Positions 20,010 through 20,412 of a DNA stretch of 20,412 nt are shown here, piece after piece; positions within the stretch are counted from its first letter, which is position 1, and every line of letters begins with the position of its first letter. This DNA comes from Rotaria sp. (Eukaryota). The notes below the pieces were generated by a model. It did not search any database. It saw nothing but the letters and a program-made list of their open reading frames with translations, and was not told the origin of the DNA. Both the position numbers and the translations under genes were made by a program. The stretch is taken from NCBI GenBank assembly GCA_905330235.1, contig CAJNUA010000025.1:848642-869053 (forward strand). The letters run 5' to 3'.

Positions 20010-20412
20010 ATGACTAATACACATAATTCTAATGAAGAATCTGAACAAATAAATCATTCTAATCAAATAACAACATCAAAAATACTTGAAACAAAAGAAA
20101 TTATTGTTTTAAATCAAGTTCCTATTCAACTTCATTCAGCTCAACAAGAAATAAATAATTTACGTCTTTTAAATATTTGTCTTCAATCAACATTAATTCG
20201 TGTTCAAACTCAATTAATTGAATATTTACCAGTTAATATTCATGATGAAATAAAACGAAATGAAATAAAACAAAAATTAATTTCATTACGTCAAATTGAG
20301 GATCAAAGTCGAAGAATTATTCATCCACAACAAATATCTTTTTTTCAAATAATTAATAATTTTAAAAATTTATTAGATATTAAACAAAAACAAGAATCAA
20401 TTAATAATAAAG
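20010..20412 (+). CDS. 5' part of an unidentified protein-coding gene, with the ORF open to the window edge (at least 134 codons)
   Basis: The ATG at 20010 sits in the context ttttaaATGa. There is no stop in 403 nt of a roughly 30% GC region. Codon usage (cgt, tca, aat, caa) matches the three annotated genes. The peptide reads MTNTHNSNEESEQINHSNQITTSKILETKEIIVLNQVPIQLHSAQQEINNLRLLNICLQSTLIRVQTQLIEYLPVNIHDEIKRNEIKQKLISLRQIEDQSRRIIHPQQISFFQIINNFKNLLDIKQKQESINNK... It is not in the ORF track because no stop falls inside the window. Confidence 0.45.
   Translation, partial: MTNTHNSNEESEQINHSNQITTSKILETKEIIVLNQVPIQLHSAQQEINNLRLLNICLQSTLIRVQTQLIEYLPVNIHDEIKRNEIKQKLISLRQIEDQSRRIIHPQQISFFQIINNFKNLLDIKQKQESINNK

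Noticed and set aside
1-20412. Prokaryotic-style systems (CRISPR arrays, defence operons, RBS-driven polycistrons)
   Set aside because: The window is unambiguously eukaryotic: spliced multi-exon genes with GT-AG introns, a poly(A) signal, and homologues of metazoan centriole, cilium and telomerase proteins. No direct-repeat/spacer arrays are present.

Overview
This is eukaryotic (metazoan-type) nuclear DNA, not prokaryotic. It is AT-rich (roughly 30–35% GC), has canonical GT..AG spliceosomal introns (mostly 50–120 nt, a few 350–650 nt), an AATAAA poly(A) signal and homopolymer/microsatellite tracts. No CRISPR arrays, operons, rRNA or convincing tRNA genes are present. Translating across splice junctions by hand resolves three conserved protein-coding genes plus one partial ORF. 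(1) On the minus strand, 3439 down to at least 2677, sit the first five coding exons of an RPGRIP1/RPGRIP1L ('fantom') orthologue; the gene continues toward the window start and its later exons are unresolved. (2) On the minus strand, 8889 down to 5061, is a complete 12-exon CEP78 (centrosomal protein 78) orthologue of 582 aa, with RNase-inhibitor-type leucine-rich repeats followed by a coiled coil. (3) On the plus strand, 9525 to 18227, is a complete 7-exon TEP1 orthologue (telomerase-associated protein 1, also a vault-particle component) of about 2751 aa, with a Ser/Leu-rich N-terminus, a TROVE domain, a NACHT P-loop ATPase and a WD40 array about 1000 aa long. Its last two exons are 2.8 and 3.05 kb. 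(4) A codon-biased plus-strand ORF runs from 20010 off the window end. CEP78 and TEP1 are divergently transcribed from a shared 635-bp intergenic region. Between 1462 and 2234 lies a ~773-bp foldback/MITE-like element with ~130-bp terminal inverted repeats at ~87% identity. Other observations are GC-richer islands that may be transposon relics, a coding (GAT)n poly-Ser microsatellite, and an antisense small transmembrane ORF inside a CEP78 intron. Most other ORFs in the six-frame track are out-of-frame or antisense shadows of these genes. All coordinates were derived by hand and splice sites are not verified by transcript data.
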